NCBI RefSeq assembly: GCF_004010195.1
Contig: NC_057730.1
Coordinates: 20,564,168 to 20,628,167 of the forward strand
Reading direction: 5' to 3'
Source: Chiloscyllium plagiosum
Lineage: Eukaryota
DNA: 64,000 bases
The translations under genes and the position numbers were made by a program. Shown here in pieces: positions 34,501-46,800 of the stretch (positions are counted from its first letter, which is position 1; each line of letters opens with the position of its first letter). Under the pieces are notes generated by a model. That model did not search any database. It was given only the letters and a program-made list of their open reading frames with translations, and was not told the DNA's origin.

Positions 34501-37036
34501 TTTGAAACCATACATTTTGTTTCATCAGGTGCTACTAATGTTTTCCTAACGACACCAATGTGGGTAGTCAACACAAGATTGAAGCTGCAAGGAGCAAAGT
34601 TTAGAAAGGAGGATATCCACAAGACTGAGTACAAAGGTATTCTTGGTGAGTCTTCCCACTGTTAAATGAACTGTCTTCACGAGCTAATTTCTGCATTAGC
34701 ATTTAGAAATACAAAGAACAATAAGTACTGAGTTACTTATAAATAGGATGCGCATGTATGTTAGGTACAAAAAGGAAATGGAACCATTTGCTGTTAAATT
34801 GTCAGATTCATGAAAGGAAGCGAGTGTAATGGTATAAAAAGTCATTATTTACACTAGTCCATTTTAGTTTAAAATCTTTAGAATTTGATCTGTAAACATT
34901 AAGAAACATTGAAGTTGGGATTCTCATACCCTCCCCAAACCATCGTACAATGCTATATGAAAATTCTTTCACATTGACCAAACTCTGGAAACTAGTCAGA
35001 ATATGCAATTTTGTCTTCAAAGCTTTTCCTAATTTTCAGTAGAACTTTCATTCTGGTTAGACAGAGTAGAATAAATAACAGTAGCTTATAGTCAAATTTT
35101 TGCTTTTGGAAAGGGAAAAATTACAACCAATTACAACCACCTTCCACTACCAAAGTTATGGCTCACAGCCTGCCCAAAATTCCACGTGATGAGTTGGCAG
35201 AGAGTTTTTGTGATTCTGTCCTTTTTCCTTACTACAGACATTGTTGCTAGTTATCCCTGATTGGGATTGAGAACAGTGTGGACAACTCGATGAGAATGTA
35301 ACACTAAAAATGGCTTAGCTAAAGCTAGTACATTTCAAATATTAAAATACCTGGTAAATAACTTCTTTAAAAAGAGTAATATTTACAGCATTTAACTAAG
35401 GGATTGAATAACACAAGGGTTGTTGTTGGGTAGATGGTGGTGGAGGGGACAGTACTCCAAGTGACCCTCACCCATCGACAAGGTAAATCTGAGCGCTGTT
35501 TTCCTTCTCTTTGGTTTAGTTGAATTCTAAGCTTACAATCCAAATTAATATTAACCTGTTAAGTCCTCTTCTAATTGTCTGTATTAGGGGAAGTGGGCAC
35601 ACTACTACAGGTCTTTGAAATAATGAAGGATTTCTTTGAGTTAACAGTGTACAGTATCTACCTAATGGGGGGGGGGGGGAAGGAAGCAAAACTATCAACA
35701 AAAGATAGTTCAGAAATCAAATAGGGAATTCCAGAAAAACTTCTTTACCCAGACAATAGTAAGAATATGTAACTCGTTGTGATAAGGAGTGGCTGGGGAA
35801 AATTATACAGGCACTTTAAAGGGGAACATAATAAACAGAGGGAGAAAGGAATAGAAGCCAAAGGTAAGTATTAGATGAGGAAGGATGGAAAGAGCCTTGA
35901 GTAGCAAAAAAATACCAGCATGGATTGGTTGATCTGTCTATGCCATATGATATGTAGAATTCAATGTTGAAGATATCTTCACTACATGGCATGGTGTAGC
36001 TGTGCCTTACTGAGGAAGATTACTGGCTATTTGGGGATGGGGTTGGGAGGAGGTTGTAATAAAAGTGTGGTGGGTATGTTGGAGCAATAGTGTAGTCAAA
36101 TTTAACTGTATCTTTCTCTTCAGACGCTTTCCAACAGATCATCACAAATGAAGGTGTGGGAACCCTCTGGAATGGAATCCTACCATCCCTTATCTTGGTC
36201 TGTAATCCTGGAATCCAGTTCATGTTTTACGAGGGTTTGAAACGGAAAGCAGGCAAAGCAGGGAGACGGGTAAGTGCAGGGGGTTTATCACTTTCCAGTT
36301 TGTGGTCTTGTTGTTTGAGCAATTGTGTTTCATTAACAGAATCATAGTTAAGGTTTCCTTCTTTGAACTGATTTTAATCTTGAACTGATTTAAAGACATG
36401 TTCTTTTGAAATTCTGCTGGTTAATAACAACAGAAAACCTTTAACAGATGTGATAAATCTCTCTGCAGATACCATCCTGGGAAATATTTATGATTGGAGC
36501 CATAGCAAAAGCGATTGCCACAACAGTGACCTACCCTTTGCAGATTGTGCAGGCTATACTACGGGTATGGACCTCAAATAATGGGGTCAAATATTCACCA
36601 GTCATACAAATGTATTTTTTTTTTAGCTTTATCTCCCCTCTTTCTTTTGCAGTTTGAACCAAATAAAAGGAAGTCACAAAGTACATTTCAGGAGAGTGCC
36701 CATAAGGTTATTAGTCTGATATCCGAAAGACTAAAGTAAGAGTCAGCCTAAGACATTAATCTGATTTACAGCATTTATTTTTACACTGCTCTTTCTCAAG
36801 TTATTAACCACTTCAAACACAGTCTCTAATTTTCCATAAATTTCATACAATTAACATTTTTAAGATCGATTTTTCTTCTTGTTAACAGAAAAGGTGGTTT
36901 CCCAGGACTTTACAAGGGTCTTGAAGCCAAACTTCTTCAAACTGTTTGTACTGCTGCTCTAATGTTCCTGGTCTACGAGAGGATTGCAGGGATTACTTTC
37001 AAAATCATGGGATTATCTAAAATGGCCAAACGCTAA
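25567..37036 (+). CDS. SLC25A17: Peroxisomal membrane protein PMP34 / SLC25A17-type CoA-FAD-NAD carrier (possibly the SLC25A17-like paralog), 313 aa
   Basis: Exons 25567-25635, 27451-27511, 29474-29540, 30313-30467, 34529-34645, 36124-36269, 36469-36564, 36653-36735 and 36889-37036 total 942 nt in one open frame. Peptides [75 protein letters not shown] and [14 protein letters not shown] are diagnostic for PMP34. Confidence 0.93.
26066..26130 (+). mobile_element. Short PLE 3'-end relic
   Basis: gaagggtcacacccggacgtcgatttctcc..gatgctgcctgacttgctg matches the PLE terminus at 49045-49110. Confidence 0.65.
28700..28786 (-). mobile_element. Short PLE 3'-end relic
   Basis: Reverse complement of the 49045-49125 terminus (gctggaaaagcacagcaggtcaggcagcatccaaggagcaggagaatcgac). 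Confidence 0.75.
32480..34275 (+). mobile_element. Young CR1 (about 33190-34241) nested in the 3' UTR of an older CR1 (about 32480-33185, resuming about 34242)
   Basis: ORF 33125-33841 has RT motifs ([30 protein letters not shown]) and ORF 33857-34162 is the C-terminus. A (TTCTATG)n tail ends near 34241, after which the older gaatggcccactcctgatcct tail resumes. Confidence 0.88.
33568..33746. other. Assembly gap (N run)
   Basis: Run of N inside the young CR1 element. Confidence 1.
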
Positions 37037-37550
37037 GTCAACAATTTAAAATGCTGACCTGTGAGCTGCAGGGAGACCATTGCACAACAGGTAGTAAGGC
37101 TGGGTAATATCATCTTGTTCCTTGAAATGATGTGTTAACAATGGAGAAAACTGCACAATTAAATGAGAAGCCATTATATTTAGTTTGCAAAGCCATTGCA
37201 AGATTGTGAAACACAAATACTGAAAGCTCAAAGTACTTTCAAAGACAGAATGATATATACTGCAGCCATGAGGCTAATTTACATTTTACCCAGGGCAACA
37301 AGGCTGGAAGAATGGAGGAATTCTGTTTGTATACAGGACAAAACTTGGTTGTGGGTGTTGGGTGAAAAAGTGTGCACTTTAAGATGATGTTTCCAGTCAG
37401 AATGAATGTAATTTGTGACACTGGCTCTGTATTTCTAAGTTACATTTTTGTTACATGTCTCTGGAGGTAGTTCAACCCAGTGACTGAAATGGAGTTGTAG
37501 TGAAGAACTTCCATGGAGTGCTAGTTTTCAGTGTTAAGGTGGATATTGTT

Positions 37551-37730
37551 AATAAAAGGGGAATGAATAAAACATGCTGGCTCTCAGCTCGGAGATGCTT
37601 GATTGTTACTGTACGTAGACTATTATTTCCACAAATTAGAGAAGTTATCTATGGAAGTTGTACATTATTGAAATTAAATAAATAAGTGTTTCCATGGCTG
37701 GGGAAGATTGTGTGTTTTAAAACTTTTATT
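37551..37730. terminator. Convergent polyadenylation signals of the SLC25A17-type gene (+) and DXO (-)
   Basis: AATAAA on + at 37551, 37566 and 37677. AATAAA on - at 37730-37725 (tttatt on +). Confidence 0.6.
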
Positions 37731-37837
37731 ACGAAGTTTATGTACATTTTTTCAAGTATCACTTTGTACAGAATTGTAAATTACAGGGTAGCAATTCAGT
37801 ATCGCATTTCCTTTGAATCAGATCATAACACTGTTCT

Positions 37838-40800
37838 TCACTCAGCATTATGTTCACCTTTTTGTACAATCATATTTTCTACATACCAGTCTGGTAGGAA
37901 AGCATATGTGCGGTCTGTGTGCACTGTATAGGAAATATCTTTACCAGGTTCCCAGGAGAAAAGGGTCACCATCCTAAAACAAAGAAAGTTTAGAGAATGT
38001 GGTTTATAGAAGACCAATGGTAACAGTCTCTACGACAGAAGAACAGCAATGGCGTCTCCAAACTTGACAATTGCATAAGAGATGTTACACATGAATATGT
38101 ATCAGGAGCAGGAATATGGCCTGTTCCACCATTCAACAAGATCATGACTAATCTGATTGTAACTTCAAATTCATATTCCCACCTACCCCTGCTAAACAAG
38201 AATTTATCTATATTTACTTTAAAAATATTCAAGGATTTACGATCATCGCAGGAAAAGTACCTAATCTCGGTTTTAAATCGATGACCCTTGATTTTTAAAC
38301 AGGGACCCCGTACTATTACATCAGCAGACACCATGTTATAGTCAACAGGTTTTTTTGAGATCACAAGCTTTTGGAGCACTGCTCCTTCGTCAGGTGAAGT
38401 GACTTCTGATTACCAAGATAACCATCGTGTTGGACTGGGTTGGACAAAGTCAGAAGTCACATGATATCAAGTTATAGTCCAATAGATTTATTTGCAATCA
38501 CATGCTTTCAGAGGGGTACTCTGAAAGCTTGTGATTTCAAATTAAATTGTTGGACTATAACCTGGCATTATGTGATTTTTGACTTTGTCCACCCCAGTCC
38601 AACCATATTATGGTTATCTCAGTAATCAGACACAATTATTTGCACAGCAATTACTGACATTACATTAGTTTATTAGACCAATTAGATCCCATTGTTCAGA
38701 CAAGTCTAGATCCTCAGGACTTCCTTCTTAATGATGTGAAGAAACGATAAAAGTACAGTTCTATTTATACACTTCATTAAAAGTACATTTTAATAGTAAA
38801 TTAGTCCGACTGGGACGAAAAACAGTAATGGTTGAATCAATATTTATCTACTATTACATTTACTTTGCCTGTTCCTTTGCTAGTTAATTTTTTTCTCCTT
38901 TTATATTGCTTAATGAGATTTTTAAAAATACACAGTTTACAGAACTTAGCCATTTTTGCTTTCAACCTTGAAATTGCCTGTTCATGCAAAATACATTTCT
39001 GATTGGACTTCAGTTTTTTTTCAAGTCATTAATTTCAACCAGTTGAATGTTTACGAGTTTGATCCAATTAGTTACAGATTAATTTATCAATATATAATGA
39101 ATTAGTCTGAAATTTGAATGGTTGGACTGAATGATTGCCGTACCCATCCCAATTGCTGTGCCCAAGATATAGGTTGTGATAGACCAAGTTTTAACATGTC
39201 CACAAATTAGCTTTAAAACTGTGCTTATTATCTGAAAGTAAAAGCTGAAGTTGCACAATCCTATCAAACCATAGGGCTGCTCTTTCATTCGAGAAGGACA
39301 GCTGCTAATGGTTTAATCTGAGCTACACCATGTCTCTGGTGAGAGGAAGAGGATGAGAAGGTGAGTCCAGTATTCCTCAGCTGGTTTAGGAATTTGAGCC
39401 ATGCTGTTGGCATCGCTGTGCATTGCAAACCAGCCGTCTATTAGATTAGATTACTTACAGATCACTTAGTGTGGAAACAGGCCCTTTGGCCCAACAAGTC
39501 CACAATGACCCTCCGAAGAGCAACCCACCCAGACCACGGTGGCCCAGTGGTTAGCACTGCTGCCTCACAGTGCCAGAGACCCGGGTTCAATTCCCACCTC
39601 GGGCAACTGTCTGTGTGAAGTTTGCACATTCTCCCCGTGTCTGCGTGGGTTTCCTCTGGGTGCTCCGGTTTCCTCCCACAGTCCAAAGAAGTGCAGGTTA
39701 GGTGAATTGGCCATACTAAATTTCCCGTAGTGTTAGGTGAAGGGGTAAATGTAGGGGAATGGGTCTGGGTGGGTTGCTCTTCGGAGGGTCGGTGTGGACT
39801 AATCTAAAAAAAACAACCATTCCCCTACATTTATCCCTTCTAACACTAGGGGCAATTTAGCATGGCCAATTCACCTAACCAGCACATTTTTGGACTGTGG
39901 GAGGAAACCGCAGCACCTGGAGGAAACCCACGCAGACATGGGGAGAATGTGCAAATTCCACACAGATAGTTGCCTGTCGGGAATTGAACCTGGATCTCTG
40001 GCACTGTGAGGCAGCAGTGCTAACGTCCTGCTAACTGAGCTAACCAATCCCTGTATCTGAAATAACATTCGCAGAAAATAGAAGTCTCTAAGAATCCTAA
40101 AGCAGAATTGAATTAAATCTTACCGGTGATCATCGTGGGTCACCACTTTCTTCACAAAAGAGAGAAAAGCGTTGCAGAAATTTAGACAGACTGCAGGCTT
40201 CCAGCAATTCCGTTCATTCTGTTTTGAGATGGAAACAAAAGTGTCTTTAATCTGAAGTCTGGCATGAAGAGAGGGGCACTACCACTGTAATCACATTTTT
40301 ATAGAAAACCTACTCCGTCTGCTTCAAGAATACAGAAAGTGGCCATTCACCTCACTCCAGTCGATCTGTACAATTGCAACATTTGCTCAAGTTAGACAAT
40401 GTTCTCAGATAATCAACCATCATGTGTGAGAATCAGTCCTATTCAGAAAGAACAGAGGCTAAGCACAGCATCCCAACTGCTGACTTATCGTTTCAGGGGA
40501 ATAAAATGTGGGATCTCCTGACCTGTTCACCCAGCTTCACATGTGACTCAGTTAGGGATGGGGGCTAGAGAGAAAAGTACCTTCTAAAAAAGGACACCAA
40601 ATCCATTCCATTTATGCACTGCAATTCAATGGATGTCAGGCTGGACTGTAAGGATGTTGCCAGGTTTTAATTTTAAAAATCTATTGTCTATACTAACTAG
40701 AGGCCATTTGTTTACCTAACCATTTTGCAGAGAATTTCTGTAAGGAAACTTATCTAAATTAAAATTTTATCTGTTCTCAAATGTTAAAGAGGGATTCTGA

Positions 40801-43800
40801 TCCGAATTTGCTTATGTCTGGGAAATTCCACCATGTAGAAAGTTCTACATGGAATGCACTAACCAATGCCTTCAGTATATTTTACAACATCAGTAAGTGG
40901 AGGCCTGAGTTATTGTTATGAACCTACATTATTAAACATTTGCTGTAAGTGGAAGGTATTACAATGAACTGTTTCCAATTTGAATTGCACCAGAAACTAC
41001 ACAAAGATGTGGAAATCTAGTCTTGAACAATTTGGGAGTGCATTTAAAGATAGAGTTATCATTGGAGATATCTTCTCTCTGTTACTAGAGTGAGCTAGAA
41101 TGTTGGGCAATGTTTCAGGTAGTGATTTTTGTTATTGTTTTAGTACCACTGCAATTCTTGCTGTTGAATTGTTTAACATACAGTTTAGCAATAATTCTGT
41201 GGGTGTTCCTGGTAAAGTCAATGAAGTGGCAAGATTTACAGTTTTTGTTTATTGTCTAATTTTGACTCACCTCCCCACCCACCGCTTTCAATATTTATGC
41301 AGCTGACAGTCCATACTTTGAGAATTATTTCTAAAGTTTAATTGAATTTAAATGTGCAAACCTTAACAAGATGATGAATCTTCATTGTTTCAAAAGACTG
41401 AAGAGAAACTACCATTCCATTATCATCTCTAAAGCCTGTGATTATGCGAGGTACTCCAGGCAGAAAAGACTGTGCCCACCATTTGATCAATTTAAATCTG
41501 TGTAGACAAGATTCACATTCTCAAATTCCTTTGCCGTATCCATTGTTAAGATGCATTTCATTTAACAAATGTTACACTTCCTACAGCTTCATTGTGCATG
41601 AAACAACAATGTATTAGTGAGATTGATGAATGTTTTATGATCACTCAAGACTGTTAACAAGAGAGTTTGGAGAGACATACTTATGATTCAAGAATTCAGA
41701 GAAAGGGATAGTCAGAGGGTCAAAGCCCTCACTGATCCTTTCAACAGTTCACAGTTAAATTGTACACTGACAATTCAGGTAAGAGTAAATTTGTATTGTA
41801 TTCTATGATTGAAATGAATGAAATTAGGTTTACTTTAAAACAGGTCTACTTTATAAAAAATCAGAGATGTACAGCACAGAAATAGACCCTTTGGTCCAAC
41901 TCGTCCATGCCGACCAGATATCCCAACTTAATCTAGTCCCACTTGCCAGCACCCGGCCCATATCCCATCAAACCCTTCCTATTCATATACCATCCAGATG
42001 CATTTTAAGTGTTGCAATTGTACTAGCCTATACTATTTTCTCTGGCAGCCCATTCCACACACGCACCACCCTCTGGGTGAAAAACTTGCTCCTTAGGTCC
42101 CTTTTATATCTTTCCCCTCTCACTCTAAACTTCTGCCCTCTAGTTCTGGACTCCCCTACCCTAGGGAAAAGACCTTGTCTATTTATCCTATCCATGCCCC
42201 TCTTGATTTTATACATCTTTATAAGGTCACTCCTCAGCCTCAGACACTCCACGGAAAACAGTCCCAGCCTATTCAGCCTCTTCTTATAACTCAAATCCTC
42301 CAACCCTGGCAACATCCTTTTTTATCTTTTCTGAACCCTTTCAAGTTTCACAACATCCTTCTGATAGGAAGGAGACCAGAACTGCATGCAATATTCCAAA
42401 AGTGGCCGAACCAACGTCCTGTACAGCTGCAACATGATCTCCCAATGCCTATATAGAAAAAGAACAAAGAAAATTACAGCACAGGAACAGGCCCTTCAGC
42501 CCTCCGAGCCTGCGCCGATCCATATCCTCTATTGCCTATTTTCTAAGGATCTGTATCCCTTTGCTCCCAATCCATTCATGTAATTGTCTAGATACATTTT
42601 AAATGACGCTATCATTTCCGTCCCACCACCTCCGCTGGCAATGCATTTCAGGCACCCACCGTGCTCTGTGTGTAGAACTTTCCACCTATATCTCCCCTCT
42701 CACTTTGAACTCAAGACCTTTTTGCGTCCTCCACTCTGGGAAAATGTTTCTTGCTATCCATCCTGTCTGCACCTCTCATGATTTTGTAGGCCTCAATCAG
42801 GTCCCCCACAACCTCCTTCTTTCCAATGAAAATAATCCTAATCTACTCAACCTCTCCTCATAGCTAGCACCCTCCATACCAGGCAACATCCTGGTGAACC
42901 TCCTCTGCACCAACTCCAAAGCATCGACAAACTGTACGCAGTTTTCCAAATGTGGCCGAACCAAAGTCTTATACAACTATAAGATGACCTGCCAACTCTT
43001 GTACTCAATACCCCGTCTGATGAAAGAAAGCATGATATATGCCACTGTACTGATCTGCGTTGCCATCTTCAGGGAACAATGGACCTCTGAACACCCAGAT
43101 CTCTCTGTACATCAATTTTCCCCAGGACTTTTCCATTTACTGTATAGTTTGCTGTGGAATTGCATCTTCCAAAATGCACCACTTCTCATTTGTCCAGATT
43201 GCACTCCATCTGCCATTTCTCTGCCCAACTCCCCAATTTATCTATATTTTGCTGTATTCTCTGACAGTCTCCTTCACTATCTACTACTCCACCAATCTTA
43301 GTGTCATCTACAAACTTGCTAATGAGGCAACCTACATCTTCCTCCAAATCATTTATGTATATCACAAACAATAGTGGTCTCAGCACGGATTCCTGTGGAA
43401 CACCACTGGTCACAGGTCTCCATTTTGAGAAGCTCCCTTCCACTACTACTCTCTGTCTCCTGTTGCCCAACCAGTTCTCTATATATCTAGCTAGAACACC
43501 CTGGACCCCATGCAACTTCCCCTTCTTCATCAGCCGACCATGGGGAACCTTATCAAATGCCTTACTAAAGTCTATGTATATGACATCTAGAGCCCTTCCC
43601 TCATCAATCAACTTGTCACCTCTTTCAAAGAATTCCATTAGGTTTGTAAGACATGACCTTCCCTGCACAAACCAATGCTGCCTATCACTGATAAATCCAT
43701 TTTCTTCCAAATGGGCATATATCCTATCCCTTAGTATCTTCTCCAGTAGCTTCCCTACCACTGATGTCAGGCTCATAGGTCTGTAATTACCTGGATTATC

Positions 43801-46800
43801 CCTGCTACCCTTCTTAAACAAGGGGGCCTCCCCTGTTTTCAAGGATGTTGCAACAATATCTGTTAAAGCCCTAGCTATTTCCTCTCTCGCTTCCCTCAGT
43901 AATCTGGGAGAGATCCCACCCGGTTCTGGGGACTTGTCCATCTTAATGCCTTTTCGAATACATAACACTTCCTCCCTCCTTTTACCAACTTGACCTAGAC
44001 TAATCAAAGATCTATCCCTAACCTCAACATCCGCCATGTCTATCTCCTCGGTGAATACCGATGCAAAGTACTCATTAAGAATGTTCCCATTTGCTCTGAC
44101 TCCACACATATCTTTCTTCCTTTGTCCTTAACTGGGCCAACCCTTTCCCTAGTTACCCTCTTGCTCCTTATATATGAATAAAAGGCTTTGAGGTTTTCCT
44201 TAAACATGATCACTAAGGATATCTCATGACCCTTTGAGTCCTCTTAATTCCTTGCTTCAGATTGGTCCTACATTCCCGATATTCTTCCAAAGCTTTGTCT
44301 GTCTTGTCGCCTAGACCTTATGTACGCATCCTTTTTCCCCTTAGCTAGTCTCACAATTTCACCATGTCATCCATGGTTCCCTAAGCTTGCCATTTCTATT
44401 CCTCATTTTCACAGGAACATAACTCTCCTGAACTCTAATCAACATCTCTTTAAAAACCTCCCACATATCGAATATGGATTTCCCTTCGAGCAGCTGCTCC
44501 CAATCCAGATTCCCCAGCTCCTGCTGAATTTTGGTAATTAGCGTTCCCCCAATTTAGCACTCTTCCTTTAGGACCACACTCATCTTTTTGTCCATGAGTA
44601 TTCTTAAAACTTATGGAATTGTGATCACTATTCCCAAAGTAATCCCCCATTGAAACTTCAACCACGTGGCCGCACTCATTTCCTAACACCAGGTCTAGTT
44701 TGGCTCCTTTCCAAGTTGGACTACTTACATACTGCTCTGGAAAACCCTCCTGGATGCTCCTTATAAATTCTGCTCCTTCCAGAGCCCTAACACGAAGTGA
44801 ATCCCAGTCAATGTTGGGAAAATTAAAATCTCCTATCACCACCACCTGTTGCTCCTACATCTTTATATGATGTCTCTACATATTTGTGTCTCTATCTCCC
44901 GCTTGCTGTTGGGAGGCCTGTAACACAGCCCCAACATTGTTACTGCACCCTTCCTGTTTCTGAGCTCAGCCCATATTGCCCTCCTTCAGCACAGCTGTGA
45001 TATCTTCTTTGACCAGTAATGCAACTCCTCCATCCCTTTTACACCCCTCTCTATCCCACCTGAAGCATCAATATCCTGGGATATTTAGTTTCCAATCATG
45101 CCCTTCCCTCAACCAAGTGTCAGTAATAGCAATATCATACTCCCAGGTACGAATCCAAACCCCAAGTCCATCTGCCTTACCTACTATACTTCTTGCATTA
45201 AAACAAATGCACCTCAGACCACCAGTCCTTTTGCGTTTATCCACTGCTTCCTGCCTACTCTTTCCCTTTGTCATGCTGATTTCATTAACTAGTTCCTTAC
45301 ATATATATTTTGCTTCATTTGATCAATCAGCTAATGAACACACTGATTAAAAAAACCTTCTTTCTGCAGAGTTGTCATCTTCTCCCTCTTTGAATTGTGC
45401 GTCTTTACTCTGTTTCCACTTTGTAATGGGATGAGTCCTACAGTCCTGCCAAGATTTGTACAATCAGCAACTGTGTGTGGAGCTATTACTTCCAGTCTTT
45501 TCACCTGCAGCTGTGATTGCTTTCAATAGCCTCTAGGTTGGTTATGTTATTTTGAAATGTTATCAAAAAAGGCATATTATTTTATTTTAAAAAGGAATTC
45601 TTTCTCATTTCAAAAATATCTGGGAAATAGAGATCACTGATGCTTCATTTCCACTCTGTTTTTAAAAGCAATTTAATCCTGAGTTCTCAGTGTAGCCAAG
45701 CACAAATGTGGATATTTAGTATTTACAACAGGCATGCATCTCAAATAACATTGGAGCTGTGCACTACAGGTGTTTACAGGTGCATATTCATTAGCTGGAT
45801 GTGCTATTTAGAACAATTTAATTTAATCTTCCCCATAAAGGTGCAGGAGGCAAAGGTCACCTACCTGTGAAAACTCCTCTCTTGGTTTGGAGTGTAAATC
45901 TCCCTGCTCGTCTTTAGTTCTACATAACACTGGGGAGCCTTTAACCTTGGGTCAGAGTTGTCTTTGCAGTCCACCTCACCAGAGAATACAAGTGAATGCC
46001 CATTCAACCGAGTTCGAACCACACAACAAAATGCTTCATTAGTGTTTACCACACCTGCTGGATTAGGATTCCCACCTGGTTTATCTGAAAAAAAAACTAT
46101 GAATGTTTCCACTTTTGCATCCTCATCTGTCAAACTCTTTCATGCCAGGGTTAATTCCAGGAATACTAGGCGGCCTTCAGTTTTGCATATCAGCTATTTT
46201 TCATGCTGTCCATATAAAACTTTAATGAGTGCTTCCTGATATTTGAACATTTAAACATAAACATAATACTGTGCAAGATTAACTTCTCTCTCAGAGATGC
46301 TGTCTGACTTGTTGAGTATCCCCATAATTTTCTGTTTCTATGAATATTTACACATGTATATATTTCAGTGGCAATCTCTGAAAGCAATCAAAGTGCCTCA
46401 TCTGCTGTCCTAGCTGAGGTTAGTTACTGTCACACAAATTGGGATCTTTATTGACCTAGGTTGCCAGATGATTACAACTTAGTATGATTTTTCAGTATTT
46501 ATCAAGGGAATTCTGAGAGAGATTTCTATACCTCTATTCCTGCTTAGCTTTTTAAAATATAGTTCAGTTTCCAGCAGATATTTGCTAGTGGCATTGAAAC
46601 AACAATAGGTGAAGTCACCGCTGTTTAAGTTCCCAATTTATCTTCTCATTTAAATGAGATTGGACATGCCTATATTAGGATTTCAGCAAAGTGTAATAAT
46701 GAGAAAGTTCATTCTCTATCTACTTGTGCTGTGAAAAACACCCAGTGACACAGTTATAGATTGTGTCATTTAAAAACTTGGTTGTGGCTCGAAAGACTCT

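Noticed and set aside
36270-36888. Three short introns (199, 88 and 153 bp) of the carrier gene as possible minor-spliceosome or snoRNA-hosting introns
   Set aside because: The donors are ordinary U2-type (GTAAGT, GTATGG, GTAAGA), and no convincing box C/D or H/ACA structure was seen.
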